Shown here in pieces: positions 26,416 to 33,578 of a stretch of DNA of 39,421 nucleotides (position 1 is its first letter; the number at the start of each line of letters is the position of its first letter). Location: the IMG/VR virus record IMGVR_UViG_3300026991_000009, positions 1-39,421 of that record; one strand, 5' to 3'. This DNA comes from a virus. A model generated the notes under the pieces. It was not told the origin of the DNA. It worked only from the letters and a program-made list of their open reading frames with translations, and ran no database searches. The position numbers and the translations under genes are program-made.

Positions 26416-27232
26416 CTGCGTGTGCCTGGTTATGTTCCGCTTTCGTGAGTAATTCGACGTTCTCCAGCCGATTGTCCCATTTCACGCCGTTTCTGTGGTG
26501 GACGTCGTACTCGCCAGAGAAAACTCGGTGCGGCTCGCTGCCTTTTGAGATGGCGAGGAGCTGATGTACTCGCAGAAACCCTCCGCCTTCTGAGCTGTCT
26601 TTCCAGTACTCGTAGCCGTCAATTCCAGTTCCGAAGGTTGCGAAGCTGTTCTTAACGGCTTCGAGCCTGCCTCTTCGTGGGATGCCGTGGCGTTGCATCT
26701 CGGTTCGGATAGCCTCGCGGTCTACACCGAGTTCCTGGCCAACTTCGCTCAGTGACATCCCCTCCTCGTGATACAGCCGCTGAAGCTCTTCTGGGTCGGC
26801 CCACATTCGCCGTCTTCGTTTAATCGAGTCTGTTCGATTCTCTATCCCGTGTCGTCGAAGCCAGGTCTTGATTGTCCCGGCCGAGCACCCCATATCGTCA
26901 GCAATCTCTTTCGGCGTCCTCTCATCTTGGTGATGCGCCTGCCGGAGTGTGTACTCATTTTGCCAGGGCATCTCGGTGTGCTTCCCATTGAATGACGGCC
27001 CCCTCTTCTCGATCCCCAGCTCGTCCATCCATTTGAGAATCCCAGAGGGTGTGATGTCCCACCCCTCCGCTATCTCCTCTGAGGTCATTCCCTCTCCGTG
27101 GTAGAGTTCCCGTAGCCGGGCTTCGTCTGTCCACGGTTTCTCGTCGTTGTGCGACTTCGATGCGTGGATCTTCTGAGCACGTTCTGTTTCGAACGTCCGC
27201 GTGCAATTCTCGTGGGTACACTCTACAGTCAT
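26408..27232 (-). CDS. HNH endonuclease with C2H2 finger and three HTH repeats, 274 aa
   Basis: CTHENC...HASKSH; three PW/MW...LY...EIA..GC...HGI repeats; VHQLLA...VHHRNGVKWDNRLENV...EHNQAH. Confidence 0.92.
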   Translation of the reverse strand: MTVECTHENCTRTFETERAQKIHASKSHNDEKPWTDEARLRELYHGEGMTSEEIAEGWDITPSGILKWMDELGIEKRGPSFNGKHTEMPWQNEYTLRQAHHQDERTPKEIADDMGCSAGTIKTWLRRHGIENRTDSIKRRRRMWADPEELQRLYHEEGMSLSEVGQELGVDREAIRTEMQRHGIPRRGRLEAVKNSFATFGTGIDGYEYWKDSSEGGGFLRVHQLLAISKGSEPHRVFSGEYDVHHRNGVKWDNRLENVELLTKAEHNQAHADG

Positions 27233-27462
27233 TGGTCCAGGATTTGCTCTGCCCACCATTCTGAGAGGGTGAATCGTTGCGAACAGTGTGGTTCGTGCGG
27301 AACCTCGTCGACGTTCTTCGCTCTTGCACCACACTCCTCACACTCGACTTCGCCGGTCGGCTCCCCGATCTTGTACCCGTCAACGGAGACGGGCGTGTCC
27401 GACCGTACGAGCTCGAACTCGGTGTCGGGATCGCTGAAACTCCGATACTGGCTGCTACCCAT
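27229..27462 (-). CDS. Zn-finger protein, 77 aa
   Basis: MGSSQYRS...CEECG...HEPHC...SEWW; ATGA coupling to HNH. Confidence 0.75.
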   Translation of the reverse strand: MGSSQYRSFSDPDTEFELVRSDTPVSVDGYKIGEPTGEVECEECGARAKNVDEVPHEPHCSQRFTLSEWWAEQILDQ

Positions 27463-27549
27463 CGAGACGCACCCCCAGGCCGGCACCGCGGGTGTAGTTG
27501 AGAACGATCTCGCGCGACGTTTTCGGTAGTGGAATTCCTATCTCTGCTT

Positions 27550-27843
27550 TCATGAGTTATCACCGTCGTTGCGGAACCGCGGGTCTGTCCATCCGGAACC
27601 GTCGATCGTCAGCCTGTACATCCTGCAGGTGTCGCACCAGTTCTCGCCGTAGCCGTAGAGCGCGTCCTCGCGACAGATGGCGTAGTGGACTTCGCCCTGG
27701 ACCTCGGGACACAGCGGCGTCTCGTGCTTCTCCTGCCCACCCTTCGTGACGTATACGGGCGGGAACCGCGGCTGGTCGAGGCCGGAAAGCGAGATCCCGG
27801 CCGTCCCGATGCGGTGGTTCTGCGGGTGGAGGGCGTCACTCAT
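27550..27843 (-). CDS. Hypothetical Cys/His metal-binding protein, 97 aa
   Basis: HETPLCPEV and WCDTC motifs. Confidence 0.65.
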   Translation of the reverse strand: MSDALHPQNHRIGTAGISLSGLDQPRFPPVYVTKGGQEKHETPLCPEVQGEVHYAICREDALYGYGENWCDTCRMYRLTIDGSGWTDPRFRNDGDNS

Positions 27844-27934
27844 CGTCGTCCTCCCGGTCGCCACCCGTGCAGTAGTTTCGCTTGTGGCTGTCCATGTTGC
27901 TGACGAACGAGCCGCAGTCCGGACATTCAGGCAT
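27836..27934 (-). CDS. CPxCG Zn-finger microprotein, 32 aa
   Basis: MPECPDCGSFVSNMDSHKRNYCTGGDREDDDE; overlaps both neighbours as in coupled genes. Confidence 0.6.
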   Translation of the reverse strand: MPECPDCGSFVSNMDSHKRNYCTGGDREDDDE

Positions 27935-28118
27935 CGTCCACCTCCGTGCGCTCGTAGGTCGTGATGTCGGCCGGCCGGAGTGTGTTCCCACAGCGGGGGC
28001 ACTGCATGGCCGTGCCGTTGCCGTCGAGGTTCGTCACCAGCGTCGGGTTTTCACATCCCGGACAGATGGCGACGTGAGCGACCTTCGGCGGGTGGATCGG
28101 GTTGACGTCACTCGACAT
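27927..28118 (-). CDS. Zn-ribbon microprotein, 63 aa
   Basis: CPGCENP...CPRCGN. Confidence 0.75.
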   Translation of the reverse strand: MSSDVNPIHPPKVAHVAICPGCENPTLVTNLDGNGTAMQCPRCGNTLRPADITTYERTEVDDA

Positions 28119-28392
28119 TGTCCACCTCCTGGAGCCGCTCGTCGAGACGGTCGAGCTTCTTGTCGATTCGCTCGTCGACGGCGTCCGGCCCGAAGATGAG
28201 GGCCAGCTGGTCGAGCATCACATGGACGTCCGCGATCTCGTCGATGACGTCCGCGGCATCGGCCCGGCCACGGTAGACGTCGGTCAGCGCCGTGATGAGC
28301 TCCGAGGACTCCTGCATAGCCATCACGATCTGGGCTTCCTCGCCCCACGTGTCGAGCGCGCGTTCAAGGACCTCATCACTCGGCATCGGCAT
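28108..28392 (-). CDS. MazG-like nucleotide pyrophosphohydrolase
   Basis: WGEEAQIVMAMQESSELITAL...DEIADVHVMLDQL...KKLDRL. Confidence 0.8.
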   Translation of the reverse strand: MPMPSDEVLERALDTWGEEAQIVMAMQESSELITALTDVYRGRADAADVIDEIADVHVMLDQLALIFGPDAVDERIDKKLDRLDERLQEVDNVE

Positions 28393-28834
28393 CCCCCTCC
28401 TGTGATACTTCCGTGTCGCTGTAACACTCTGGACGTTCGGCCCACATCATGATCCGCCCCCAGATTTCGGTCTTGAACGGCTCGTATGCGTCTTCCTCGT
28501 GGAACGTTAGGCCCCGCTCTATCGGTTTGCCCCAGTCCTCTTGATTGTGGTATGAATCTGTGGTGTGGACGTTCAGCGTAACCGGTCGTTCGTCGTTCGG
28601 AACGTCAAAAGCGAACGTCCCGTGATACTCGATGTTCTCCGCGAGTAGTTCGCGTTCGTCGTTAGACACCTCAAACGCCTTTCCGAACTCCGTCTCTGCG
28701 AGGGGGAGTTCGTACTCGTCGGGGTCCTCGTCGAGCAGATCCTCGTAGGACGCAAACTGCCCGCCCTGCCAGACGTGAACCGTGGCGGTATCGTGTTCCA
28801 CTCCGTCTCCGTCTGTAACGTCGTGATCACTCAT
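28376..28834 (-). CDS. Hypothetical acidic protein, 152 aa
   Basis: Coupled ORF with atypical codon usage. Confidence 0.7.
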   Translation of the reverse strand: MSDHDVTDGDGVEHDTATVHVWQGGQFASYEDLLDEDPDEYELPLAETEFGKAFEVSNDERELLAENIEYHGTFAFDVPNDERPVTLNVHTTDSYHNQEDWGKPIERGLTFHEEDAYEPFKTEIWGRIMMWAERPECYSDTEVSQEGDADAE

Positions 28835-29234
28835 CGGTATCCTCCTGATTGCTTTCCGTGCTCGTTGTATCGCCCAAGCGGTCGGCGTACTCGGCGATTA
28901 CTTCGCCGTGACAGGACGGACCATCCTCATCGATCTGCTGGCACCAACACCCGAGAGTCTTGCCGGCGAGGTCTTCGATGGCCCGTCGGAACTCCGGGTT
29001 TCGCTCCAGTCGTTCCTCGAAATCCTCTCGGAACTTCGCTATACTGGCACCTCGGTGGTGGTTCTCCAGCGTGTAGGGGTTCCCGAGCCAGCCACGCTCC
29101 CCGATCGGCGTGGAGAGTATGTCTCGACCGTTCGGGCCACGGCCGACATACACGTCTGTTTCGTCGGCCTTGCAGTGGCCGACCCGAGTTCGTTCTACTC
29201 CGCCTCCGTCTGTAACAGATTCGTCTTCACTCAT
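28827..29234 (-). CDS. DUF4326 domain protein
   Basis: DVYVGRG...WLGNPY...LAGKTLGCWC...CHGEVI. Confidence 0.88.
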   Translation of the reverse strand: MSEDESVTDGGGVERTRVGHCKADETDVYVGRGPNGRDILSTPIGERGWLGNPYTLENHHRGASIAKFREDFEERLERNPEFRRAIEDLAGKTLGCWCQQIDEDGPSCHGEVIAEYADRLGDTTSTESNQEDTDE

Positions 29235-29598
29235 CGTCATCACCGTCCGTTCCGCACGAAACCTGCTCTCGCTCCGCTTGTACCTCTGGCAGGACGTCGA
29301 GGTTCCCCAACGCGAGGTCCGTGACGTCCCGCTCGTCGTCGAGTCGTTCACGCGCCATCATCCGCTGCAGCCGGGCGATGTCGCCGTAGATCCGGTCCGC
29401 TTCGGAGGCGTACGGCTCCGGCAGGAACGACGACAGGACGACCATCTTCGTGCCCGCGGTCCCGAGGTCGCGGAACTGGCGCGCTGTTGGTTCTTCTTCC
29501 TCCTCGGCGTCGACGATCCACGTGGTGTGAGTCTCGCTGACCTGCTCGATGCGGAACCCGCCCTCCGGCCTGTTCACACGCACGATCTCGTCACTCAT
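29227..29598 (-). CDS. Hypothetical protein, 123 aa
   Basis: Start MSDEIVRV at 29598; coupled overlaps. Confidence 0.7.
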   Translation of the reverse strand: MSDEIVRVNRPEGGFRIEQVSETHTTWIVDAEEEEEPTARQFRDLGTAGTKMVVLSSFLPEPYASEADRIYGDIARLQRMMARERLDDERDVTDLALGNLDVLPEVQAEREQVSCGTDGDDDE

Positions 29599-29863
29599 CG
29601 TCGACCGCCTCCGTGAGCGTCTCGACGATCTCGTCCCACTCCTCGACGTGCTCGTCGGGGACTTCTGGCCGGGCGTCGCGCATCGCATCGGCGGCCGTCT
29701 TGATCGAGTCCAGGCGCCGCTTGCCCGACTCGTCTTTCGCGGCCAGCATCCGCCGCGTCGCCCGCAGCGTCGCGCCGTAGCCCTCCGTCAGGGCGCTGTC
29801 GAACTGCAGCGAGATGTTGGCCACGCGGCTGGTCAGCTCGTCCAGGTCGAGCTCGTCACTCAT
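29591..29863 (-). CDS. Hypothetical protein, 90 aa
   Basis: Acidic helical ORF, coupled. Confidence 0.7.
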   Translation of the reverse strand: MSDELDLDELTSRVANISLQFDSALTEGYGATLRATRRMLAAKDESGKRRLDSIKTAADAMRDARPEVPDEHVEEWDEIVETLTEAVDDE

Positions 29864-30050
29864 CGAGAATCGCCTCCTCGACCGTCTCGAACTCGTCTTG
29901 TGCGGCTTCGATGGCCGTAAACGCCTTGCCGCTCTTGCCGTCCCAGAGGGCCTGCCGCGCTTCGCGGAGTTCGCGTTCGAGCCACATCACCGACTCTTCC
30001 AGCGCGTCATTGACGTCCACTGTTCGCTCGGTATTCGTGTCCTCACTCAT
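29856..30050 (-). CDS. Hypothetical helical protein
   Basis: MSEDTNTERT..., coupled overlaps. Confidence 0.65.
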   Translation of the reverse strand: MSEDTNTERTVDVNDALEESVMWLERELREARQALWDGKSGKAFTAIEAAQDEFETVEEAILDE

Positions 30051-30261
30051 CGTCCCCACCTCCGTCGTACCCGCCGCCGTGCGGTAGTGGCTCCACGCCG
30101 TCGATAACCTCCGTCACGAGCGACTCCAGGAAGTAGGCGAACGTTGGGCCGATCTCGATGTCGACGCCGTCGTCGGTCACCTCGTACATGTCGTCGTCAA
30201 GCACGCGAAGGACGTCCTGCCCGTCCTCGCCCTTGACGACTCGTGCGATACGCTTCCCCAT
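30043..30261 (-). CDS. Hypothetical protein, 72 aa
   Basis: Acidic ORF, native codon usage. Confidence 0.65.
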   Translation of the reverse strand: MGKRIARVVKGEDGQDVLRVLDDDMYEVTDDGVDIEIGPTFAYFLESLVTEVIDGVEPLPHGGGYDGGGDDE

Positions 30262-30495
30262 CTATGCGCTCACCCCCTCGACCGCGCGGATGGCCTCGCC
30301 GTCGCGGTGACTCCGGAAGCCCTCGGAGCACCCGTGGCCGGTCACTCCCTCGTGGATCTCGTGCCCGCAGCGCTGACACACGCCGATCACGTCGGCGCCG
30401 CAGTGGTCGAACGGCTCGTCGCTCTCGGGGTCGCGCCCGAGCTCGTCGTGGGGCGCGGTGTCGGGAACCTCGCCCGCCTGGAAGATGCCGCTCAT
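30262..30495 (-). CDS. Cys/His-rich small protein
   Basis: HCG...CQRCGH...HGC. Confidence 0.65.
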   Translation of the reverse strand: MSGIFQAGEVPDTAPHDELGRDPESDEPFDHCGADVIGVCQRCGHEIHEGVTGHGCSEGFRSHRDGEAIRAVEGVSA

Positions 30496-30677
30496 CGGCA
30501 CACCTCCCAGGGGTTCTCGGCTTGTATCCACGCGCCGGTCTCGACCTCCTGGACGAGCAGGCCGACGAACCCGTCACTCTCGTAGTCGTCCAGCCTGGGG
30601 GCGTGGCCGGCCGGGACCGGGATGTGGTCGTCGTCGAGATCGTCACCGTCGACGATCTCCGCGCCGTCGACCGTCAC
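30492..30677 (-). CDS. Hypothetical protein, 61 aa (GTG start)
   Basis: Four-base overlaps on both sides. Confidence 0.6.
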   Translation of the reverse strand: MTVDGAEIVDGDDLDDDHIPVPAGHAPRLDDYESDGFVGLLVQEVETGAWIQAENPWEVCR

Positions 30678-30802
30678 TGTCCGTCGCCTCCGTTGGCCGT
30701 CGCGACATCGTAGCCTTCGCGCCGGCGCCGATCGGCCAGTTCGCCGTCGTCGGTTGTCACGGACCAGTCGTCACCAAGCCGGACGTTGTAGAGCGTCGTC
30801 AT
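30674..30802 (-). CDS. Microprotein, 42 aa
   Basis: MTTLYNVRLGDDWSVTTDDGELADRRRREGYDVATANGGDGQ; coupled. Confidence 0.6.
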   Translation of the reverse strand: MTTLYNVRLGDDWSVTTDDGELADRRRREGYDVATANGGDGQ

Positions 30803-31134
30803 TGCTGCTCGCCTCCGTCGGTGACCAGCTCGGCGGCAGTCCGCTGGGCTTCCATCGCCCGGACGATCCCCTCGCCGAAGCCCGTCGCCGACCACCAGAC
30901 GTCGACCCAACCGCAGGCCTCGTCCTCGACGTAGTCGATCCACTTCGTGACGTGCTCGCGGGCGAGTTCCTCGGTGTGGACGACCTCGTCGTCCTTCGTG
31001 ACGATGACCGTCGCCGTTCCCTGGTGCCAGCGGTGTTTGCGGTGCTTCGTGTCGATGCCGAAGACGCCAACTTCCGTCGCTTCCTGTTCCGTCAGTCCGG
31101 AATTCTCAAGTCCGGTGGAGTTCGTAGATTCCAT
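30799..31134 (-). CDS. Hypothetical first gene of the leftward early arm
   Basis: Likely start MESTNSTG at 31134; FGIDTKHRKHRW motif. Confidence 0.7.
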   Translation of the reverse strand: MESTNSTGLENSGLTEQEATEVGVFGIDTKHRKHRWHQGTATVIVTKDDEVVHTEELAREHVTKWIDYVEDEACGWVDVWWSATGFGEGIVRAMEAQRTAAELVTDGGEQQ

Positions 31135-31250
31135 TGCTTGGTGGGATCCAAGCACGGTCGCGGTGTCTTCAGCACCGTCGGCCACTTTCCTGCGAAAGTA
31201 GCCGAATGCCGCCCTTGGACAGTTACGTCTACACAGGGGTGCCTATTAAG

Positions 31251-31265
31251 CGTTACTATGTAACG
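31251..31265. promoter_or_regulatory. Operator-like palindrome between divergent promoters
   Basis: cgttac-tat-gtaacg, flanked by ctattaag (31243-31250) and tttttac (31274-31280). Confidence 0.5.
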
Positions 31266-31331
31266 GACAGTAGTTTTTACACCCGAAGATACAATAGCCG
31301 TGCGTCCGATAGATACACTTGAGGGACTCGA

Positions 31332-31601
31332 ATGAGAACGGTTCAATCAAGCGTGGCGAACAAGAGTTTCAACCCGTCTGGCCAGCAACGGCAGGTGCTG
31401 AACGTCTTCAAGGAGGAGTATCAGGTCAATCCTCGGTGGATCCGTGACGTCACCGGCCTCGAACGCCAGCGCGTCAACGAAGCGCTGGGGTCGCTCGAAG
31501 ACGCCGGCTGGATCGAGAAGCGAACGCGCGGGCTGTACCGGCTCGTCTACGATGGCGATGGGTACGTCGAGCAGGAGCTCGTCCACAGCGACGAACGATG
31601 A
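31332..31601 (+). CDS. Winged-HTH transcriptional regulator
   Basis: QQRQVLNVFKEE...NPRWIRDVTGLERQRVNEALGSLEDAGWIEKRTRGLYRL. Confidence 0.85.
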   Translation: MRTVQSSVANKSFNPSGQQRQVLNVFKEEYQVNPRWIRDVTGLERQRVNEALGSLEDAGWIEKRTRGLYRLVYDGDGYVEQELVHSDER

Positions 31602-31996
31602 ACGCCCGCACCCACAGAGAGTTCGAGCACCGGCAGCTCCTCCAAGACCACTACTGGGAGATCTCGAAGCGCGATGCCGTCGCGTTCAACTCAGGGTCTG
31701 AAACGTTCGCCCACTTCATGGCGAAGGCCGCGCTCGCGTGGACACTCAAACAACAGGGCTACCGCGTCGGGAGCGAGGTCGCCAAGGACGGCGCCGGCGA
31801 GATCGACGTCGTCGCCTACGGCGGGCAGGACCCGCCGGTCGCCGTCGAGTGCGAGCGAGGGATGACCGACGACGTGATGGCGGACAAACTCTCCCGGTAC
31901 GTCGACGGCGAGCCGTTCCGCGACATGTACCCCGTGGACGTCGACGAGATGCCCGACGTCGAGGCACTCGAAGAGTGGGCCGCCGCGCAGGTGTAG
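31598..31996 (+). CDS. PD-(D/E)XK restriction-endonuclease-like protein
   Basis: H..AK.ALA..LKQQGYRVGSEV...IDVVA...VAVECE. Confidence 0.65.
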   Translation: MNARTHREFEHRQLLQDHYWEISKRDAVAFNSGSETFAHFMAKAALAWTLKQQGYRVGSEVAKDGAGEIDVVAYGGQDPPVAVECERGMTDDVMADKLSRYVDGEPFRDMYPVDVDEMPDVEALEEWAAAQV

Positions 31997-32557
31997 TTAC
32001 GAGTTCGGCTCTTCCCAGAGCTCCATCTCGACGAAGGTGAGATACGGGATTGTTCGTTGGTTCCCGTTCGTCGTCTGGTACGTGTGGAGTTTCTCAGCGA
32101 TACCGATAAGAGGGTTCAGGCGGTCCTCCTCCAGGTACCGGTCGTCTCCGTGCCATTCACCAGCGATATCACCAGGCCAGTTCTGACTATCCTCCGAGAC
32201 GTACATCTGGAGGTAATCGTAATCGCTGCCGTCGAAGTCGTATATGACCTGGTAGATCTCGGCATACTCGAAGCGAATGGGGTCGCCCTTGTACTCCTCA
32301 AAATTACGGAAGAGGTCGTCGTAGCTTGGTTCGCGCGCGTTTTCACGTGCCACCTCCGGGTCGTACGGGTCGGGCGTGGGTGAGGCAGTCGGTGTCGGCG
32401 ACTCGGTGGGGGTGGGACTCTCCGTCGGCGTCGGCGAGTCGGTTGGCACGGGGCTGTCGGTCGGCGTCGAGGCGCTACTGTCACCGTCGCCGCCACAGCC
32501 GGCGGTGAGGGCGAGGCTACTGGCGGAGACCGTCGTCAGGAACGTTCTGCGATCCAT
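31997..32557 (-). CDS. Tat lipoprotein with PT-rich linker and OB-fold-like domain (moron)
   Basis: MDRRTFL twin-Arg, lipobox LTAGC, PTES repeats, SYDDLFRNFEEYKG...IYQV. Confidence 0.88.
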   Translation of the reverse strand: MDRRTFLTTVSASSLALTAGCGGDGDSSASTPTDSPVPTDSPTPTESPTPTESPTPTASPTPDPYDPEVARENAREPSYDDLFRNFEEYKGDPIRFEYAEIYQVIYDFDGSDYDYLQMYVSEDSQNWPGDIAGEWHGDDRYLEEDRLNPLIGIAEKLHTYQTTNGNQRTIPYLTFVEMELWEEPNS

Positions 32558-32751
32558 ACGTGGGAACTTATCTATTGACTAAACAGTCTTTCGTCATTTA
32601 CGAACCAGATAACCATCCCGCCGTTTCGTTAACATCGTTTCAATTCTCACCTACTGATTCTAAACTCACCAGCCCGCCGTCTGTTAGTTTCAGTTTCACT
32701 CTGGGCCCCGCCGAGGTATATACGTCAACCTTCCATCGCTAACACTTGGCG

Positions 32752-33009
32752 ATGGCCCAGACACACACCACCATCGACACGACGATCCCGGCGGCAAAGT
32801 GGCGCTTCCGGTGTCCCGAGTGCAACTCCGTCGACTGGCGCGTCCACAACGGCACGATCGGGTGCCGCGGCTGTGACACGACTGTCGGAGGGCTCATCGA
32901 TACGAAAGACGACGAGTACGTCAGCCGATCCGACCTGGAGTTCGTCGGGCCCGAGGCGAATCACAAGAGCGTCGAGTCCCACCCGCCGGGCAAGGGGCGG
33001 TACCGATGA
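32752..33009 (+). CDS. Zn-ribbon protein
   Basis: WRFRCPEC...CRGC; tatata at 32717-32722 about 30 bp upstream of ATG. Confidence 0.7.
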   Translation: MAQTHTTIDTTIPAAKWRFRCPECNSVDWRVHNGTIGCRGCDTTVGGLIDTKDDEYVSRSDLEFVGPEANHKSVESHPPGKGRYR

Positions 33010-33011
33010 CG

Positions 33012-33362
33012 TCAGTCGTCGGCGTGGTCGAGGACCTTTGGCCGGACGATCTCGACCTTCTTGGCGCGCTCGTTGACCAGCTGCTCCCACTCGGGGCCGC
33101 TATCGTACTGGTCGCGAAGCGCCAGGGCCGCGACACCACCTTCGGTGATGCGGTAGACTCCGGAACGCTCCGCTGGGCCGACGTACTCCAGCAGGCCGTA
33201 ATCGTGGAGTTGAGGGATTCGGGTGTTGATGTACGACCGGTCGCGGTCGAGTTCGGTCGCTACGTTCACGCCCACGTCCTGCTCACCGTCGCTAAAGGCT
33301 TCCAAGATCTCGAAGTCTGTCGGGCGCGTCAGCTTCACCACGTGTTCGTCGGGCCCAGTCAT
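33012..33362 (-). CDS. Winged-HTH immunity repressor (phiH1 Rep-like)
   Basis: PTDFEILEAFSDG...LDRDRSYINTRIPQLHDYGLLEYVGPAERSGVYRITEGG; divergent from the early operon. Confidence 0.8.
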   Translation of the reverse strand: MTGPDEHVVKLTRPTDFEILEAFSDGEQDVGVNVATELDRDRSYINTRIPQLHDYGLLEYVGPAERSGVYRITEGGVAALALRDQYDSGPEWEQLVNERAKKVEIVRPKVLDHADD

Positions 33363-33369
33363 CTAAAAG

Positions 33370-33432
33370 TACCAATGGTATGTACCGCCTTCATGTTAAC
33401 GGTACATTATTCGAGCACATACCTCCGGTATG
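33370..33432. promoter_or_regulatory. Divergent promoter/operator region
   Basis: TACC-N3-GGTATG at 33370-33382 and 33420-33432; 8-bp inverted repeat atgtaccg/cggtacat at 33380-33407. Confidence 0.65.
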
Positions 33433-33451
33433 CATAAGTAGCAGGAGGTTA

Positions 33452-33502
33452 ATGGATAGCACGGAAGCTACGCTCGCTGCTGTGAGGGGTCAAATCACGT
33501 GA
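33452..33502 (+). CDS. Possible 16-aa leader peptide
   Basis: ggagg SD at 33444-33448, then MDSTEATLAAVRGQIT*. Confidence 0.3.
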   Translation: MDSTEATLAAVRGQIT

Positions 33503-33578
33503 GGAAGGCCCCGGGTGCTGAGACACCCGCGGCGTGGCTTACCACCCGATTCCGCGCGATGCGGAGTGTCGATAAGCC

